Translations under genes and position numbers: made by a program
Source of the DNA: Alphaproteobacteria bacterium
Lineage (GTDB): Bacteria; Pseudomonadota; Alphaproteobacteria; GCA-2731375
Reading direction: 5' to 3'
Assembly: GCA_965232515.1 (NCBI GenBank)
Contig: CBDDPY010000002.1
Location: forward strand, 6,624,001 to 6,688,000
Length of the DNA: 64,000 nucleotides
Shown: in pieces, positions 60,584 through 64,000 of the stretch
Layout of the letters: every line of letters starts with the position of its first letter
Position numbering within the stretch: position 1 is the first letter of the stretch
Notes under the pieces: generated by a model
The model's database searches: none
What the model saw: only the letters and a program-made list of their open reading frames with translations
Told to the model about the DNA's origin: nothing

Positions 60584-60622
60584 TTAAAGAAAGGCTAAGC
60601 GACAGGGTTAAGAGGGGGCTAA
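60584..60622. promoter_or_regulatory. Two tandem CtrA-like sites upstream of sciP
   Basis: TTAA-AGAAAGG-CTAA (60584) and TTAA-GAGGGGG-CTAA (60608). Confidence 0.7.
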
Positions 60623-60667
60623 GCGGACCCGGCCAAAATGGCGGAAACGGCCGGGTCCGCAGAGCTG

Positions 60668-61978
60668 TTAGCGCTTGATCCGGATCAGTTCTTCCAGCAT
60701 GTCGTCGGCGGTGGTGATGATCCGCGAACTGGCCGAATAGGCCCGCTGGGTGGTGATCATGTTGGTAAACTCCTCGGCCAGATCGACCGTGGACGCTTCC
60801 AGCGCATTCGGCGCGATCTTGCCGGCCGTCCCGATCCCCGCTTCCTGTAGGTTGAACGGTCCGGACGTATCGGTGGAAATGAAGGCGTTCCCCTGTTTGT
60901 TCCCCAGCCCGTTCGGATTGGGGAAGATGGCCACCGGCAGCTTGTAGATCTGCTGCTGATTGCCGTTGTCGAAGAGCGCGGTGACGATGCCCTCCTCGTC
61001 GATCGAGACGCCGGCGAGCGCGCCGAAGACGGCGCCGTCGACCGAGGTTTCGATCAGCTCGGAGGCGGACGCGAACTGCGTGACGCCATCGGTGGTGCCG
61101 ATGGTGCCGTAGTCGAAGGTGATGGCCTGCGGCGTGGTGATGCCAAGGCCGGCGGCCCAGTTGACCGAAATGCTCGACAGTGCCGTCGGCACGGTATTCA
61201 GGCTGCCATCAGTGTTGAACACGAGGTTTCCGGAAGCGATCAAGCCGTTGGTGCCGGTGGTGTCGGTCGCCGGGCTGGAGATCACTTCGACCGACCAGGT
61301 GTTGGTCGCGGTCTTCAGGAAGGCCATGCGGACGGTTCGGGCGCCGCCCTGGGAGTCGATCACCTCGATGCTGCGCTCGAAATGCGGCGTCGTGGTGCCG
61401 GCCGCCATATCGCCCACGGTGTAGCCGGCGGAGACGGCCTGCGAGGCTTCGAGGTTGGCCTTGACCGACGCCGTGGTGGTGGACATGGCCGAGCCGGTGA
61501 TGGCGTTCAGGTTAATGGTCTGTAACACCGTCAGGTCGCTGCGGTTGGTCGGAATGTTGCCGCTGGCGTCGATCGGCCAGCCCTGCAGGTAGAGCCCGGC
61601 GGCATTGCGCAGGAAGCCGTTCTGGTCGGCGGTGAACTGGCCGGCCCGCGTATACATGTAGGTGCCGGTGGTCGCCGAAGGCTGAGCCAGCGTGTTAACG
61701 ACAAAGAAACCATTGCCCGAGATTGCAATGTCGGTCGGGGAGATCGACGATTGCAGCAAGCCCTGCCGGTCGATCAACGAGTTCGGCGCCGACTTCACGC
61801 CGCCCGGCGAATAGGCCGAGGCCGACCGCGTCGCCGTGACCAGCGTCGAAAACGAGGCCCGCGTGGTCTTGTAGCCGACCGTGTTCACGTTCGAGATGTT
61901 GTCGGCGATCATGCCGAGCGACTGGCTGTTCGCCGCCAGACCCGAGACGCCGGAAAACATTGCGCCATAAATGCTCAT
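60668..61978 (-). CDS. flgE: Flagellar hook protein FlgE
   Basis: DNISNVNTVGYK, YTRAGQF, LEASTVDLAEEF. Confidence 0.97.
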   Translation of the reverse strand: MSIYGAMFSGVSGLAANSQSLGMIADNISNVNTVGYKTTRASFSTLVTATRSASAYSPGGVKSAPNSLIDRQGLLQSSISPTDIAISGNGFFVVNTLAQPSATTGTYMYTRAGQFTADQNGFLRNAAGLYLQGWPIDASGNIPTNRSDLTVLQTINLNAITGSAMSTTTASVKANLEASQAVSAGYTVGDMAAGTTTPHFERSIEVIDSQGGARTVRMAFLKTATNTWSVEVISSPATDTTGTNGLIASGNLVFNTDGSLNTVPTALSSISVNWAAGLGITTPQAITFDYGTIGTTDGVTQFASASELIETSVDGAVFGALAGVSIDEEGIVTALFDNGNQQQIYKLPVAIFPNPNGLGNKQGNAFISTDTSGPFNLQEAGIGTAGKIAPNALEASTVDLAEEFTNMITTQRAYSASSRIITTADDMLEELIRIKR

Positions 61979-62062
61979 CCTAAGCTCCTTCGTTGTGCCG
62001 CCTGTTCAACGAGCTGGCGGCCAATGCCATTGTCCCTACCGGTAAGCGTGCGTTCTGCGCGA

Positions 62063-62728
62063 TCAGCTTTCGGCTGATGGTTCGGTAACCTTGATTACGT
62101 TCGAGAGCTCGACCAGACCGTCGCCGACCAGCAGAACGGGTATGCCTTCGATGGTCTGGACGCCCGTTACGCGGCCGACGATGGAGGTACCGACACCGAT
62201 CGAATTGCCGTCGGCGTCGACCGCGCTGACGTCGATCGTGTACGTCCCGTCGGGCAGCGTCTCGCCCGAATTGTCCTTGCCGTCCCAGACGAATTCGTGG
62301 ACGCCGGCGTCGGTCTCGCCGGTGGTCGCGTAGACCAGCTTGCCGTCCGCGTCGGTAATCGTGATCGACGTGCGATCGGCGTCGCTCTCTACGCCGTATT
62401 TCCAGACCGCCTTGCCGTCGGCCAGCAGGGTGGTCCGCGACAGGGCTTCGATGTCCTTGCCGATATAGTTCACGGCGGCCGACGTCTGTTCCGCCAGCAT
62501 CAGGCCGAGAACGGATTCCAAATTCTTGTTGGTGGCGATCGACTGCTCGACCTCGGTGAACTGGACAAGCTGTTCGGTGAACTGGGCCGAGTCCATCGGG
62601 TCCAGCGGATCCTGGTTCTGCAACTGGGTCGTCAGCAGCGTCAGAAACGTGTCGAACGTGTCCGACAAGCTGGCGCTGGCGGCGGACGAGGCGCTGTTGG
62701 TCGTGGCGCCGATACCGGTGATGTCCAC
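62063..62728 (-). CDS. flgD: Hook capping protein FlgD
   Basis: FLTLLTTQLQNQDPLDP, WDGKD..G. Confidence 0.96.
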   Translation of the reverse strand: MDITGIGATTNSASSAASASLSDTFDTFLTLLTTQLQNQDPLDPMDSAQFTEQLVQFTEVEQSIATNKNLESVLGLMLAEQTSAAVNYIGKDIEALSRTTLLADGKAVWKYGVESDADRTSITITDADGKLVYATTGETDAGVHEFVWDGKDNSGETLPDGTYTIDVSAVDADGNSIGVGTSIVGRVTGVQTIEGIPVLLVGDGLVELSNVIKVTEPSAES

Positions 62729-62741
62729 GTATCAGTCTCCT

Positions 62742-64000
62742 CTAGACGCTGATATCCAATAGGCCGTCGGGCCGGGATGCCGCCGGCGTGCCGGCGAGGT
62801 CGATATCGCCAGCTTCCGGTTCCATGTCGGCGTCGGCGCCATTGCCGCTCGCGGTCTGCTGGCCGTCGGCGCCGTCATGTCTGAGCGAGAAGCTCAAGCC
62901 GCCCGAATTCGTCTGCAGGCCCGCGTCCTGTAGGGCGCGTTCCAGGCCGCGTTGATCGCGTTGCAGCAGGTCCAGTGTTTCCTGCTTGTCGGCCGTGACG
63001 ACGGCGATCACGCGACCGTCATGGCCGACGTCCATCTTCACGTCGACCCGGCCGAGCTCGGCCGGATTCAGACGAACCTGTATCTGATTGATCCCATCCT
63101 GGGCCGCCCGGGCGATCTGCACCGCGACCTGCATGGTCGGTCCCTGCATGTTGGCGGCCGGCCGTGACGGCGAGGCCGCCGCGGTCGACGATTGGCTGCC
63201 GCCTGCGGTATCCGCCGTCGCGTTGGCGCCAACGCCGGCTGTCGGTGTTGTCCCGCCACCGCCGGATGCCGCGTCGACGGTCTGGTTCACCGCGGCATGT
63301 GCGGCCCCGGACGTGGTCGACGCCAGCAGATTGGCCTTCGCGAGGTTCTGCACGTGAGGTAGCTCGGCCTGACCCGGGTTCCCGCCTGCGTTCGGCGGCG
63401 TGGTCGGCTGTCCGGCCGGGGCCGGCATGCCCGCATTGCCGGTCGGTGCGCCGGCGAAGGCCGGCACCGTGGCGTTGGACGTGTTGGTGGCGGTTGACGT
63501 GGCGTTGGTGGTCCCGGCCGTTGTTGCCGGAATGGCCGGATCCGCATCCGCCGTCGTTATTGTCGGCTGCGTACCTGTCGTCACCGCCGCCGTTGTCGTT
63601 GGCGTCGTCGTCGATGCGGCCGGCTTCGCGGCGGCCTTCGGCTCGGATTGACCCGCCGCCGGTTTTTGGGCGTTGGCGGCGCCGGTCGCCGATGCAAGCG
63701 CCGCGCCGGCCTCGGCGGCGGCGGGCGTCGACGCGGCGACGGCAGGCTTGCTGCCGGCCGCGTTGGCCGTGTCGGCGCTGTTCGGCAGGCCGGCGGCTTG
63801 GCCAGGCGCTGCTACCGGTTCCGTTTGCGGCGGCATGCCGCTGGCCGGTTCGTTGGTCGCGACAGGTTGCTGCGGCTTGCCGGCCGCGGTTTCGCTCTTC
63901 GGCTTAGCGGGAGCTTGCGTCTGATCGCCGCTTTGCGCCGCCGCGTCGGCCTTGGCCGGCTGATCGGATTCGGATTTGACGGTCGTTTGCGCGTCCGTCT
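62742..64000 (-). CDS. fliK: Hook-length control protein FliK (5' end beyond the window)
   Basis: Ala/Pro/Thr-rich region then L.PAELGRVDV, LERALQDAGL. Confidence 0.92.
   Translation of the reverse strand, partial: TDAQTTVKSESDQPAKADAAAQSGDQTQAPAKPKSETAAGKPQQPVATNEPASGMPPQTEPVAAPGQAAGLPNSADTANAAGSKPAVAASTPAAAEAGAALASATGAANAQKPAAGQSEPKAAAKPAASTTTPTTTAAVTTGTQPTITTADADPAIPATTAGTTNATSTATNTSNATVPAFAGAPTGNAGMPAPAGQPTTPPNAGGNPGQAELPHVQNLAKANLLASTTSGAAHAAVNQTVDAASGGGGTTPTAGVGANATADTAGGSQSSTAAASPSRPAANMQGPTMQVAVQIARAAQDGINQIQVRLNPAELGRVDVKMDVGHDGRVIAVVTADKQETLDLLQRDQRGLERALQDAGLQTNSGGLSFSLRHDGADGQQTASGNGADADMEPEAGDIDLAGTPAASRPDGLLDISV

Overview
High-GC alphaproteobacterial chromosome segment (Rhodospirillales-like gene order). 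Bases 1-40 kb are an accessory and metabolic patchwork: an ABC substrate-binding protein with IclR, an SBP56/methanethiol-oxidase-like gene with a membrane partner, a lactonase and Baeyer-Villiger monooxygenase, a cobalt nitrile hydratase with a split beta subunit plus amidase, several TetR/MarR detox modules with visible operators, a PEP-CTERM protein, a nitroalkane-oxidase-like flavoprotein bracketed by a duplicated ackA 3' end, and ackA-fabI. An AT-rich two-gene islet at ~33.8-36.0 kb (soluble protein plus 4-TM protein) carries a LexA box and sits beside a broken SRAP gene and composite palindromic repeats. Bases 40-64 kb hold a two-subunit NAD-linked formate dehydrogenase, chpT-cheY-ctrA and a class II flagellar cluster (fliI to fliK, sciP). 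The best candidate for an undescribed system is the AT-rich pair, a possible SOS-linked membrane-effector anti-phage module. No rRNA, tRNA, CRISPR array, integrase or transposase was seen. All calls come from motif recognition by eye; no searches were run.
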